A stretch of 62,616 nt of DNA, counting the filler, from Aduncisulcus paluster (lineage: Eukaryota): NCBI GenBank assembly GCA_024181965.1. It is 7 parts of 7 records of this genome, joined end to end, with 100 filler letters (N's around TTAATTAATTAA, not from the genome) between each part and the next. Parts side by side here need not be neighbours in the genome. Positions count along the whole stretch, not along the records: positions 46,731 to 56,705 come from BQXS01010906.1; positions 56,806 to 62,616 come from BQXS01010907.1; 5 more parts are not named here. The stretch is one strand, 5' to 3'. This document shows positions 46,889-60,300 of this stretch, piece after piece (position 1 is the stretch's first letter; each line of letters starts with the position of its first letter). Both the position numbers and the translations under genes were made by a program. The notes beneath the pieces were generated by a model. The model was not told where the DNA came from. It worked only from the letters and a program-made list of their open reading frames with translations, and did no database searches.

Positions 46889-49800
46889 TCACAAATCTGG
46901 AGTCCATAAATACAGAGCAGCACTCCGTCTGTAATATTCCCTGACATCGCCTTCCACAGCTTGTTCTGTTGTAAGAACCAACAGTTTCCTGTCTTCATCC
47001 AGATATACAGGCAGAGACATGTTACTTCTCACATCTTTCTCTTCTTCTTCCTGCTTGGATTTTTCTCCCTTCATCCACCTAATAAAGACACCTCCTTCAA
47101 CATTTTGGATGATTGTATCGCCCACGGACAACACTCCATCCTTTACGCATGCTCCACAAAGAGCAGATCCAACAATACGAACCCATTCACCACCTTCCCG
47201 ATGATCATCTTTGGTTACATCACCGAAACACACCTCAAGAACAAGAGTTTCGAGAGCAGCAGTAAGCTTACGAGCAGCAGCTTGACGAAGAGCAGTAAGG
47301 AAGGCTCCAGGCTGAGACATCCCTCCCAACCAGCAAGAAATGAATGCGGTGTGATCATCTCCACCTTTCTCCATACTCTTGACTTCGGCATAAAGTTTAA
47401 TAAGCCTATCCTTTCTTCTCTTCAAGTCAGTCACGAACATAACAGGGGAACTATGAGCAAGTGGTAATGTTGTGTGAAGTGCATCTTTCCAACGATCAGG
47501 GATCATTCCTCCGTTCAATGAAGTCGTTAAGGATAAAAGTTCATTTGAAACCTGGGTTGTGTGCATAAGCAAATGAAGATCATCTTTAACAACGTGAACT
47601 GCTTCAAGAACATTCTCACACTCACTCAAAATAGAACGGAGAAGAGGAGCAAGTCGCACAGATGCTGAAGAACCAGATTGAGTCAAAGTCTCTCTTTGTC
47701 CATGGAGAAGTTTCTTGATTTCATCAGTGTGTGGCAACAAAGACATCCAGAAGCTGGCTGATGAGAGCAAAGAAGCAGAAACCACAAGACTCTCTCCTTC
47801 TTTCTCTTCTCCCTCATCTGTCTCGAGTTCCTCGAGTTCCATCTCATCTTCAACATTTGGAGAATTTCCACCACTTTCCTCAGTGCCTCCACATAGGAGA
47901 ACTCCAATTCCTTCCTGCACAATCCTTCCACTACGGCCAAGGACAAGACGGGTGGCTGAATGAGGCAGGTAGATCAGAGATGGGTCACTGTCTGTGAGGT
48001 TGGAAGCCCATTGGAGCTGAGCGGCAGGAGAGAATGATGAAGGAAGGGGAGGGAGTGTTGCAGATCCCTCAATAGCTCCGACAAGCTGGAATGACTCTTC
48101 AAAGGCTTCGACACAAAGGGAAGAGTCGACAAAAGTCTTCAGAATTCGAGCATCGGGGTCATTGTCAATCCTTCCACCAAGACACACTTCACACAGTAAA
48201 CTCCTGAGAGCAATCCAAGGAATATCATTGTTGATGTCAATACTCTTACGATCTCCACAAGAATCCCTAATCCATTTCTCAGCAGTTCGCAGTGCCGCTT
48301 CGAGATCACTATTGGAGAATTCAATATTCTTGCTCCAACCGAGAGGAGTGTAGGCACGTCTGGATACAACTACACTGTATACGAAGCAAATAAGAAACAA
48401 AATATGCCTGGCTTGGTGAGGCAATGTTTTGACATCACATACAGATTGGTAGGTTTTAATAGACCGTTGAAGCTGGGTCTTGACACCATTTGGAGCCTCG
48501 ACAGCGAATGAGAGAGACATTTCAAGCAGCAAGGAAGGTAAGGAAGGTGTTGATACGGATGTGATAAACAAACGGAATGTTGAATCACTCTTAATGCTAT
48601 CACACACGTTCTTACATACAGAAGCAAACGATTGAAGCCATACTTTGTCTGCAAGATGAAGATTCGTCACGAGAACCCACTGTCCTTTCTGCATACTCTT
48701 ATGTAAAACTCTGCGTACACTTTCAACACGCTGAGCTTCTTCGCTTCCAACACTGACATGAACTATCCCAGGACGAGTCTTCTGTTTGTTGTAGGCACTC
48801 GTAACAGAGGCAGAGGCATCGAAACCAGGCTCAGATAAAAGAAGAATGGGTCTGTTCCCACCAGCGAATGATGATAGAGTTGTCACAGATGTGTTGTCGG
48901 GAAGACTCATGAAAGAAGATCCAAGAGTGGATTGAAGGGTGAAACGCACAGCACCTGACAACAAATCAGGTCTCACAATACTTATAATCACACAAATAAC
49001 CAACAAATGCTGCATGAACTCAACAGATGTATTGTTTAATTGACTCAATCTAACTCTAGAAGCACGAGAATGTTGCTCAGGGACTTCAGACTCCTCTTGT
49101 TCATCAACGTCTTCCGTCTTAGCAGCATTCTTGAAGGCCAAGAAAGCATCATCGATATCCAATCCTTCAATTCCCACCTTAGAGCACGTGAAAGATTCAA
49201 TTACTCCCTTTACATCAGCGCTAACACCCATAATCTTCATGAACACATCACTGTTCTCACACAAAAGGGATACATATGATGAAAGGACAGGTGTGGACGA
49301 AAGAGCTCCAAGCAGTTCATGAGAATGAGGAGGAAGAGATACCATAGGTTCAGTAATATCTTCTCCAATGAATATATCACTCTCTTTATCGATGGGAAGC
49401 ACTGCACGAGCTCCCGCACCGTGTAAAGGTCCATGGGATATCAATCCACACATTGAATGCAATTTCTCTTGCCACTCCATGGAATCTCCACCTCTTTCCC
49501 TCTCGCTCTCACAAACATACAAGATAGCCAATGAAAGAGCCAGTGCAAGACGATGTTTCTGCGGTAATCCCACACCTGCATATGACCATACCTTCTCACA
49601 CAAACGTTGACAAAGACGACGCATCCGGTTGATAACCTTGATATCACTCAATTCGATTTCAGTGGATTTGATAGTACCCCGATCACTCAAGGAACCTTCA
49701 GCCTGTTTCTGAGAGAGTATCTTCTCTCCATCCACCCCCACTGTAAACAACTCAGACTCGAAGATCTGGATAAAGCTCAAGACATCCCACTTCTGAGTAG

Positions 49801-52800
49801 CATCGAGTCGACTGAGATTTAGCAGAAGGAAATACAAATTGGCAGAGAACTGAGCAGTTGGAGTATAAATACAAGAACACTCATCAAGGGACTTACGAAG
49901 CTCTATGGCCTTCTTCTCCTGCTCAGTGACTTCAATGGCTTCGTTCTTGATCTTTTGCAGTGCAGAGATAACCTTATCATCTTCGAGAAGATTTCCTTCA
50001 GAGTTGACAAGGAGTTGCAACAACCCTTCTTCAAGTTCATCAAGTTTTGCTTGTAACTGACGCTCTTCTTGCATGACTTCCTGTCTCTTAGATCCAACGT
50101 CTGGACGTTCATACTTGAGGATTCTTGATAGAGTCTGTCCTTGGAGTGATGAAGGCGTGATTGAGAAGTTGATCATCGTTACACGAGACACCAGATCTGG
50201 AGGAAGCATCGAAGAGGAGTTGGAGGTCGACAATATCAGTCGAAAAGAGGGAGATAAGTCGATAGTCTTGGAACCTATGCTAACGACCATGCCTCCTCCT
50301 CCTCCTCCTCCTTTTCTTCCCTCACGATTCAACACAGGATTCAGGATTGGATCTAATCGTTCACAGTTCTTCACAAGGAGAGGAAGACCGAATCTCAGGG
50401 CCTGTTCGAGGTTACGTTGGAAGTTATTCTCAGTGCACGATGTCACAATGATTCTCTTCTCTTTGTAATAACTCAACAACCAATCCACAGCATTGTCTGT
50501 GGGGTCAATAATGAGAGGATATCTGGGTTCGTAACAGTCAAATATAGACCCATTTGTGATAGAAAGAGGGTCGTCACCAAGTCCATGATCAACCATCTCT
50601 CTTCTCTTATCTGGACTCAAGAGGAATTCATGGACAACAAGGTCATCAGAGAAGGCAATGTTATAGTTATCCAACTTACCTTGCCATCTCAACATCAGAC
50701 TTCTCCTTCCTTTCTCATCATACATTCCTCCATAGCTAACAAGACAAGAGCTGAGAACACAATCTCCAAGCAGAGCTGTGGCCTGATCTTCAAGAGAAAT
50801 ACTTTGGCCATCCCAACGGTCTTTCTCACCGCCAAGAGAGGACAATAAGGCTTCAGAACGCTTCACCTTAGCCTCAACCATTTCCATTTCAACTCGAAGA
50901 CGTTCACTTTCCTTCAATTGAGTCGTGTATTGATGCTTCAATCGAGAGACTTCATCTTCAATTTGCTGTAAATTCTGAGCGACTTCATTGGCTTCTTTTT
51001 CAGCGGCCATAGCCTTCTCTCGTAGCCCTTTCACTTCAAGACGAAGAGGCTCAACCTGTTTCTTGATTCTGGCATACTCGATCTGACTCTGAACCCACTT
51101 AACCATAGGACCGGCACATCTAGATGCACGATTGACAGCCTCAAAACTGAACTCGGGGGAGGATAGATAGTCTTTCTGAATGATTCTCAACACCTTTGGA
51201 GATGGGAGAGCTTTGCAATGGACAATCTTACTCAGGAATGAATCGCTACGCATCACACGACGAATGTTGCTCCAGTCACATGCAGAAGGAGAAACGGCTC
51301 CAATAAACATACATGTGGCTTCAAGGGCCATCCTGACACCATTCGGAGGACGAGCAAGAGCTCTCAGCTCATCAAGTTGTGATTTCTTGATGGAGGACAG
51401 AGATTTCTTAGCCTCTTCAACTGCGGGTTCAACCTTTGCGAGTTGTTCTTGGGCTCCAGATTCTCTTTCAGCAATCCTAGTTTGTTGTTCCTTAACATCC
51501 TTTTGCAGACGTTCGGCTTCCCTTCTCCTCACTTCAGCTGTTTCTTGGCGTGAGACAACTTCCTTTAGCATCTTATCAGCACGCTGGGCTTGTTCATCGA
51601 GTTGTCTTCTCTTTGCAGCCAACTCCACTTGCATCTCAGACACTTTGCTACTGGTCATGTCAAGTCTCTTAAGACCACGTTTAACAGTGTGCAACTTCTT
51701 TGCTCTCTCCTCTTGGCGTTGTTTCATAAGACGTTGAAGTAAGTCCAATGTATGCAAGAAATGGCGAGGAGACACGTGACGACAGGCATCCAAAACACCT
51801 CCAGCTTTGCTAACAACTTTACCTTCAACCTTGGTTACATTGTGGATATCAGCCAACGCTTCACAGAGAGTTTGTCTCTTGTTATCAGCGTCAGAAGAGG
51901 ATCCAAGCCTGGATGGAGAAGTGAGAGAAGAGGCAGAGAGAGAGGTTGAGGCAGCCAAGTCTTGAATACCCATAGCTGCAGTAACGTCCAATCCTCCCAA
52001 ACGTTTGACACTGACTTGAACAAGAGCATCCCTTCCCCAATCTCCAAACCAATCAACAACACAACGATTGAACAACGCGGGAGAAGTCGATGCACGTTTT
52101 CTCATGGCTTCTGCACTCTCTTCAGGGGTGCTACCGGCAGGATTCATAGTCATGACAACATGTAAGTTCCTAGAAACTCGAGAGATGAAGAATTTATACA
52201 AGGCATCAGTGTCATCTCGTTCTGGGAGGTTGATAGATATGCGTGCCTGCTTTGCTTTGATGGTTTGAACACAATGTTGCATCTGTTTTATAAGATCATT
52301 CCAATGTTCAGGGGCATCGAACAAACCAGGAATCTCACCACTTGCGAGCAAAGCATTCATATGTTCTAGGAAAGAAGTCTTGAGTGCATTACTCTCATCG
52401 AAAATGAACACAATCTTCTCACCCTTTACACCACTTCTCAGCATGACACTTCTCAAGTCCTCCTCGAAGTCATCCAACGTGTATCCACTGTGTACCTTGC
52501 ATTGGAATGTACTGTATCCATTAATCCAGGCAATAAACCTTGATAGAATAGTTTTTCCAGCTCCAGGAGATCCCACAAGAAGGAGATGTCCTAAAGGTTG
52601 TCTCAGCACACGATCAATGCGGGTGGCATGTTCAAGAGCTTCATCAAAGAACACAAGAGGAACATCGACATCCTCTTCTCGGAAAGACCTCAGACGTCTT
52701 GTAAGGAATTGTCTGAGTGAGTCTCTATCACTCAATGAATAGTGACCATCCAACCAAGGAGTATACAAGGGAGAGAGAGAACTGAAGTGATCATCCAAAA

Positions 52801-55800
52801 TATCTTCAATATTACAGACATCTCCAAAGGAAGACACAACGGTATTGTTAAGGAGATCAAAGGTCCATTCACGTTCGTTCGTTCCGACAAGACGATCGAA
52901 GAACAACCTGAGACCTTCATGGTAGAATAACAAAGCAAGATTCAGAATTGGGTTGGAAGAAAGTGAAGATCCCAGTTCAGAATTTCCACCTCCTCCGGCA
53001 CCAACATCACCCAGGCCATCCTCATCATCGTCCAATCTCTCCTTGAGTCCCTCACTCATGGCTCTGACCCAACGAGTGAGTTCCCTGGGAGAATAGACGT
53101 AATGGGGTTGCAGGGCGGGTGTGAGTTTCCTTCTGCTCTTCTCATAGACCTCAACCATTCCCCATGTAAGGCTATTCACACTCTCACTGAGGTCAGGTCT
53201 TCCACGGAGTACGGCGTCATTGAAGGATGAGTAGATCGTCATCAAACTCTCTCGACCAGGGAAATCGACAAGAACAACAGGACAATGACGGAGGAAACGA
53301 GGACAGAGGGGAGTACGACCGGGATCAGAGGGTGGATTACAAGCTCCAACGAACACTACCTTTCTCACGTCCACCCAAGCACTGTGCTCAACACTCCAGA
53401 ATCCACTATGCTCAGTGAGTTGACGAACAAGAGAAATGACACATTGAGTTCCAAATGCATCTGGTTCAGGCAGGTTGATCTCATCACACAGAACAACAAG
53501 AGCATGAACACTCTTGTTCTTTGGCGTGGCAATGAAACCTCTTGGTGTGTGTTTGATGTCACAATATCTCTTGATAGTATCATAAATGATGGCAGGGGAT
53601 GTCGAAGATGAGAAGTTGAGGGCAACGAAATCATATTTCTTCCTTCCATCAATGCCTTCGCCTTCAAGAACCATAGCATTAGATTCTTCGACAGTTTCAG
53701 ATCCATTTTCTCCACCAACATTTCCAATAACACTGTGCAGACTCATAGATTTTCCAGAACCTGGAGGTCCACAAAGGATGAACGGTGTATAAGACAGGAG
53801 CCAGGCTGAGATAAGTTGCTCGTGTCTCGCAGTATCAACGGTTGGGATAACGACATGTCCGACATCTTGTTCATTCACACGGACATGTGGGATATCCATC
53901 TCCCAAAGTTGCCATTGGGGCGGAAGAGAAGATAAGAGGTTGCCAGAGGATGAGGATGAAGAATTGGTTTGAGATGGAAGGGGTACAACATAGTGGATAA
54001 GAGCATCACCTTCGTGGAAATCAAGCTCAGACAGAACACGAAGGTGTGAGCTTGAAGGCCTCGTTGTGGCAATATCGCCTCTATCTTCACTCTCTTCATC
54101 GTCTTCAGAACGACTCAGAACGAGCCCACTCCTTCTGGCTTCCTTCCCAAGATCATCTTCCTTTTTCTCCCAAGGTGGAGGGAGAAGAGAAGAGGTCCAG
54201 GGGAATGAAGAACATTGTTCCCAAATAACTCGGGAAACAAACAAACGTCCGTCAAGGTCAAGGGAGGAAGACAAAGACCAAACGAGTGAGAAAATGCAGT
54301 GAGAAACAAAGAATGATGATAACTGTGCCATGTAAGCAGCCGTGAGAGATCTTCCTGTATCTCCATGGGAGGATTGTTCGAGCTTGAAGGCATATTCAGA
54401 TATCGATTGAATTGAAGCATTAATCAGAGAGAACAATGTACCAATTAAACGAGCTCCATCTCTCTCCATCACATCAACATGGGTGTTTGGAGGCAACGTT
54501 GAGAGGATTTCGAGGATCCGAGGCACCAAAGCTCTCTTAGAAAAGTCATCAACAGTGGCTCCAGTGGCGCTTGATTGTCTCTGTTCTTCACTTTCGGCCA
54601 AGGGAATGCCAATGCCTCCCACAGCTTTGTTTGAGAATAAAGGCAACAAAGCCTTATGAGCAATGCTATTGACTTCATTTTTGATTATTTGGAATCGAGA
54701 TAACTTCTGTTCGACAGCTTCTTTCTTCTTTTTGTTCTCAGTTTCATCGACATCTCTTCCCATCCTCCTCTTATCGATAGGTTCAATCAGGGAACTCTGA
54801 CCGGCAGTCTCAACAGATTTCATGAATCCTTCACAAAGAACGTCCATTCCAACGGTATCTTCACTGCACCAAACGGTTCCACAACGAGACACAGTAGCCG
54901 GGGTGGCATGTTCGAGTTCACGAACCTCAAAAGCTAATGTTACGTTGGGTGGTAACAGGATACGTTCACCTGATGGCAAAACAAGTAATTTGTTATCATC
55001 CAGACAAGCATTCAACTGTTCAATCCACTCTGGATCACAGTCACAGTCAAATACAATCCAATACAAGGGTTCATTGGGGATTTCAAAGTTCAATTCATTG
55101 GGAATTCTCCCCCCGTTCTTCTTCTTAATGTCAACCAACTCTCTGTTCTTATCCTTTCGCTTCTCATTCTCTTCACAAACTTTCCTCAAAATACTTGTCA
55201 AGATTCCATCTTTCCATTCACGCGTGTTATTATCCAACACACCGTAAACTCCACTCTTACCAAGACTCTTTGCGTCTATAACATAACTTATACAGTGACG
55301 CTTAAGCATTCTCGCCTGAGCTTCGAGCAACACACGCCAGCATGTACTCTTTCCACATCCAGCACCTCCAACAATGAGGATTCCGTGATGCAATGAAGAG
55401 GTTCTGCTCAATTGAAGCACTTTAGACACGAAGGATACAGAGGGAATGAGGGAGAATTGGTCACACACATCAATAATGTGTCTCTTTAAGGCCCAATCTT
55501 CACAGGAAGAGAGATTTGACTCAGGGAACACATCAGTGAGAAGAGGAGTGATCAGTTTGAGGTCAGAAGCAACCAATTTGGGAACAACAGTGTCAATGAT
55601 AGATTTAACAAGGATATCGAGTTCTTCAGTCGGGGTGAGAATTACACCGCCATCAGCTGAGGAGTTAACAGATCCTTCCTTCTTCTCCTTCATTACCGAC
55701 CGCAATAAGAACCCGGCACTTCCCAACACTGCCTTCAAGGCTCGAAGTCCGAAATCGTAATGGCTCTGACGACTGAGTTGTTCTTTGCAGAGTTTGAAAA

Positions 55801-56705
55801 GAGGAACAACTTTTGTACTCAGAAGCTCGGCAGTTCTGAATCCCTGAGAGAAGAGAGTGACCTGAGCAATGAGTTCTCTATCTGGAACAATCATACTAAT
55901 CGGTCTGAACAAAGCCTTCAAGTTATCAGGCAATTCACGACGGCCTTTATATCCAGGGTTCATAGTGATGAATATACCGACGCCTTCCTTGAGTTTTGTC
56001 TTTGTTCCACTGATCAGAACATCCTCTTTCCCTTCTTCTAGAGCTTCTTGAATCTGAGCAATGACACAACTCACACCAGACAGAACAATCTCATCCAAAC
56101 GATTGAATTCATCATAACATCCAAAGGCTCCACAAGCACAGAGCCCACTCAGAGTTCGAGACACAGCGTTGGCGTCGAAATTCTCATCACAACAAACAAC
56201 CTGACAGAGTCTTCCGAGGTGTTGGGCAAGCATCTTCACAGATTCAGTCTTACCTGTTCCAGCCGGTCCAGCCGGTGATCCTCCTTTTCTTTGAGCCAGT
56301 GCTTGAGTCAAAATAAGGAAACATTTATCAGTCAGTGGGGTTTGAACCAATCTATCAGCAGAACCCCACCATTCATAACCATAAGTGAATTCTGTATCAG
56401 CCACTCTCACAGCCACAATTGGATAGTCATGGACAGTGGCGTTGGTGACTTCAATGTGATCGAACAACGATTGTGACCCGGGAACTTTCTTCCATTCCTT
56501 GACCTCGAATTCTTTTTCATTATAATTCACACATTTGGAAGGCTCAATAAGATAGTGACGCATTTGTGCCTGCCACATAAATGGGATTTGAACTTTCTCA
56601 ATATCTTCAGATGATTTTTGTGATTGTTTTGAGGAGAGTTCAGTTTCTTTCATGGACACAGACAAACGATCAGTCAAATCACGGAGACGAATGAGCTCAG
56701 TCAAT
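46889..56705 (-). CDS. DYNC1H1: Cytoplasmic dynein 1 heavy chain, motor domain (5'-partial)
   Basis: P-loops GPAGTGKT, GGAGCGKS, GPPGSGKS, GSPGAGKT and a stalk coiled coil. Dynein-1-type motifs RLVQTPLTD, LRQPLGHLLLVG and TSPALFNRCVVDWFGDW. Confidence 0.95.
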
Positions 56706-56805
56706 NNNNNNNNNNNNNNNNNNNNNNNNNNNNNNNNNNNNNNNNNNNNTTAATTAATTAANNNNNNNNNNNNNNNNNNNNNNNNNNNNNNNNNNNNNNN
56801 NNNNN

Positions 56806-57238
56806 CCATGAAGTGTGAAGACCAATCTCGTCCTCCTTCAAGGAAAACATCCCGGGATGTGTCGAAGGCGATTTTACGTCGAAGCAGGTCCGCAGCGGCG
56901 AAGGCATAAGTGAACTCCTCGAATAGTGTGTCCAGCAACTCCTTAGTAAAGGGTCCACGCATAAGTTCTTCGGAGAAAACTCTCCGCATCTCATCGAGAC
57001 GTTCCAGGAGAAGCGTACCGGCGGGGGATAGACCCCACTCCTTTCTTTTCTCTCTTTCGTCCCTTCTGATTGTCCTTTCCCGAAGTATGAGCACTTCTTT
57101 TCGTAAGAGTTCGATTTCAGACATTTTGTCCTCCTCAGGAGGCTCAGCTCGGGCTGTGGTCGCAGAACCCGTTTGGGTTGGTAAGACCTCCTCTTGGGAG
57201 GTTTCATGTGACAATGAGCTTTCGTTATCATTATTCAT
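56806..57238 (-). CDS. Hypothetical protein, 3'-partial, possibly a retroelement ORF1
   Basis: GC-richer than its neighbours, with a coiled-coil-like N-terminus, at the contig edge. No diagnostic motif. Confidence 0.35.
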
Positions 57239-57326
57239 TATTTAAGAAACAACTATGCAGTCGATAATTAGATTAAATAAGCAAATCATAAATCATATTT
57301 TATTAATTCTGCATTCCGACATCGAA

Positions 57327-60300
57327 TCAAATGTATGTATCAGTTTTCTCCTTCAAGATCCATCGTATCTTCATAAATTGTGGAACTTGAGCAATATAAA
57401 GGAAGAATATGAAGGAAAATAATGATTTCCTGAACTCTTCATACTTCTTTCTTCTTTGATCCTTTCTTTCCTTGCTTGACAATTCTTTTTTCTTTTCTTC
57501 CTGTTTCACCTTTCTAGCTCCCATATCACAGATGCTTGATGAACTTGAAGATTGTGACAGAATCGATCGAATTTCATCTCCTTTCTTCATCCCCAATTCT
57601 GAGGAAATTGGTGAAATAAATGGAAAAATGTGAGTATCATGAGCCTTATCATGGTCTTTGTCATGGTCTAACGATTGAACTTGTGTAACATGAATTGAAC
57701 TCATAGAACTAAGAGGTGAAGCACTGAATGAGGAAGAAGCAGGAGGGAAAAGATGTTTTCCAGAACCATCCACAAACGCATCTTGATCTTTCTTATCAAT
57801 TGAAGTCCGTTTAGAAGGAAAAGAATGAGCGAATGAGTCTTTTTTAACGATTTGAGTTTGATACATTCTTCCTTCTTCCACCTTTGGGTTTATACTATTT
57901 CCACTAAGAGTTGAACTTGAAGGAAATGATGCGATTCCATCCTGCTCTCTTCCATCATCATTATATGAAGAAATGGTACGATTTTCATTCTCCTTGTTTT
58001 GTTGTTCAAATGGAAACAAATCTTGATCATCAATCTTTTCTTTCTCACTTTCATCTTCCTCTCCATATGAGGTTTTCTCATCATATTGACCACCTTTTTT
58101 TTCTTTCTCAAGCCCATCTTTCCTATTTAAAAATCCAGAACCAATTTTTCGATACTGCGCTTTCTTACGTTTACCTTCCTCTCCAATGCATCCAGGATTA
58201 CCTCCATATTTTGCAAGCTGAGTCTTCACAATATCATCAATGGATGGACATTCAAAACCTTCTCCAATCTCTGGCAATAAATCTTTGACAGTTTTAACCT
58301 TTTCACGAGCTTCATGAACACTCATGCGTTCATCTTCATCAAATTTGGTGAGACCTGTGAATACTTCATTCAAACATGCATGAACAGATCGAAATTCACC
58401 CTTTTCAATTGACAATAAGGATTTGAAGAGAGGAGATTCTTTTAATGTTGGACCCATATCACCTTTGAGAATTCGACATAGTTCTAGAACAAAGTCCGAT
58501 CGATTGTAAATTCCTCTTAAACCAGGCATATTTGTGAAAGGGTGATCTCCCATGAACAGAGCAAGAATAGACATTCCAAGAGAGTAAGCATCACTCTTTT
58601 GAGACTGATACCCTCGAAGAGCTTCATATGAGTTGTACACAAGTGTTCCACAGATGGAACGTTGAGGTTCAGGTTTTCCCCCCTTTTCAGCAATCTTTGA
58701 GGAGTGAGAAGACACTTTTGTTACCCCACTTGAAGTTAGTCGTGATGAAAGAGAATCTAAGATCTGGACCATTCCAAGATCAGAGAGAACAACAGTGCAT
58801 TCTCCATCTTTGGGATCAACACGAACAAGGAAGTTATCAGGTTTAATATCTCGATGCACAAGTTTTGGTTTAGCAGTGAACACATCATCGAGGCACTCAA
58901 TCATTCCAACACATAAGGCACTCACTTTCAAAGGGTTCAATGACATTAGATCAAAATCTTTGTGATCATCACTATCTTCTTCTGAAGATGAGCATTCTTC
59001 TTCTTCTTCTTCTTTTCCATCTCCTTGAAGTTGACTTTCAGACTTATCAACAACACACCATTTCTTGGCAAATGAACTCACACTGCCTCCGATACAAAAC
59101 TCCATAAGGAATCCATAAACTCCCTTTAAATCTGCATCAAGAAGATCAAGAATATACAAAGGACGTGATATACGATTGAAACATTTGGGGTTGTTAAATA
59201 ACTTGAGTTGCACCTTAAACTCCTTGCGACATGTCTTGACAACTTTTTCATCAGCTTCATGGAGCATCTTCTTCAGAACACAGGGAATGGAAATACCTTC
59301 AACCTTGACAAGAAGAACTTCACCAAATCCACCATGACCAATGATGCACTGAGGAGTGATGGTTGCCGAGGAAGTGAGAGTGAAAGAATCGCGTCTCAGG
59401 GGAACACCTTCACCTATGAAAATAAGGGAATCTATTCTAAAAATCCGACTATCATGTCTCCACATTACATTTCCTTGAATCTCAACACTCAATACAGCCT
59501 TGGGCAAATCAATAGAAAGGAAATGCCATTCAGGATGAACGAAATGGGGTGATAAACTAGTTTGGTTTATGAATTCATATTTTTTGGATATCTTCTTATC
59601 ATCAGAAAGAGTGAAAGTGAAGAGAAGAGCAGGAGCTCGATACTCATCAAAACGAATATATACATCTTTAATTAAACTTGGGGAGAAAGGGATGGAAAGC
59701 CAAGATAATTTCACACCATGAGCTTCCCCTTTTAACATTTTTTGTACTTTTAAATTCTGATCATACTTCTCAGATTCCTTACAATATACATCATTTTTTC
59801 CCTGAACATCTGAAAATAAAGGATTTATGATTGAAGGATCAAGTCGAGAGGGAATATCACCCCATTTCTTAATTTTAGATTGAATGGGTGAAGATTTCAA
59901 CCATCGTTCTTCCAACAATATTTTTCTCTTTTCTCGATCAATCTCTTCGTCAGGAGTTTCTTCTCGATAAAAAGCAAGGGAATGAATAGGAAAATTATCT
60001 CCTATCCTTCCGTCCTTTACCCTTTTACCTTCGATCTCACACAAAATAACATCGGGGAGATCAATTGAAAGGTCATACCAAGATGTATTAGTCACATCAC
60101 TAAACTCATCAAATTTAAATAAATAAAATGTTTTTTTGTTTCCATTTAAAGAAGTGAAAGTAAATAAAAGAGAAGATACAATCTCTTTATCAATTAAACA
60201 AATATAAGCTCTTTTGATAGACGCAGAAGATTTGAAGGGAATTGAAATATGAGAAAAGTCTACATAATTACACTCTCCTTTCATCATATTTTGAACTTGA

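Noticed and set aside
46961-56476. Many short antisense and overlapping ORFs in dynein and other long genes
   Set aside because: Shadow ORFs of real coding strands, with no motifs.
9469-56805. Repeated TTAATTAATTAA palindromes
   Set aside because: Artificial linkers embedded in Ns. Gene adjacency across them is meaningless.
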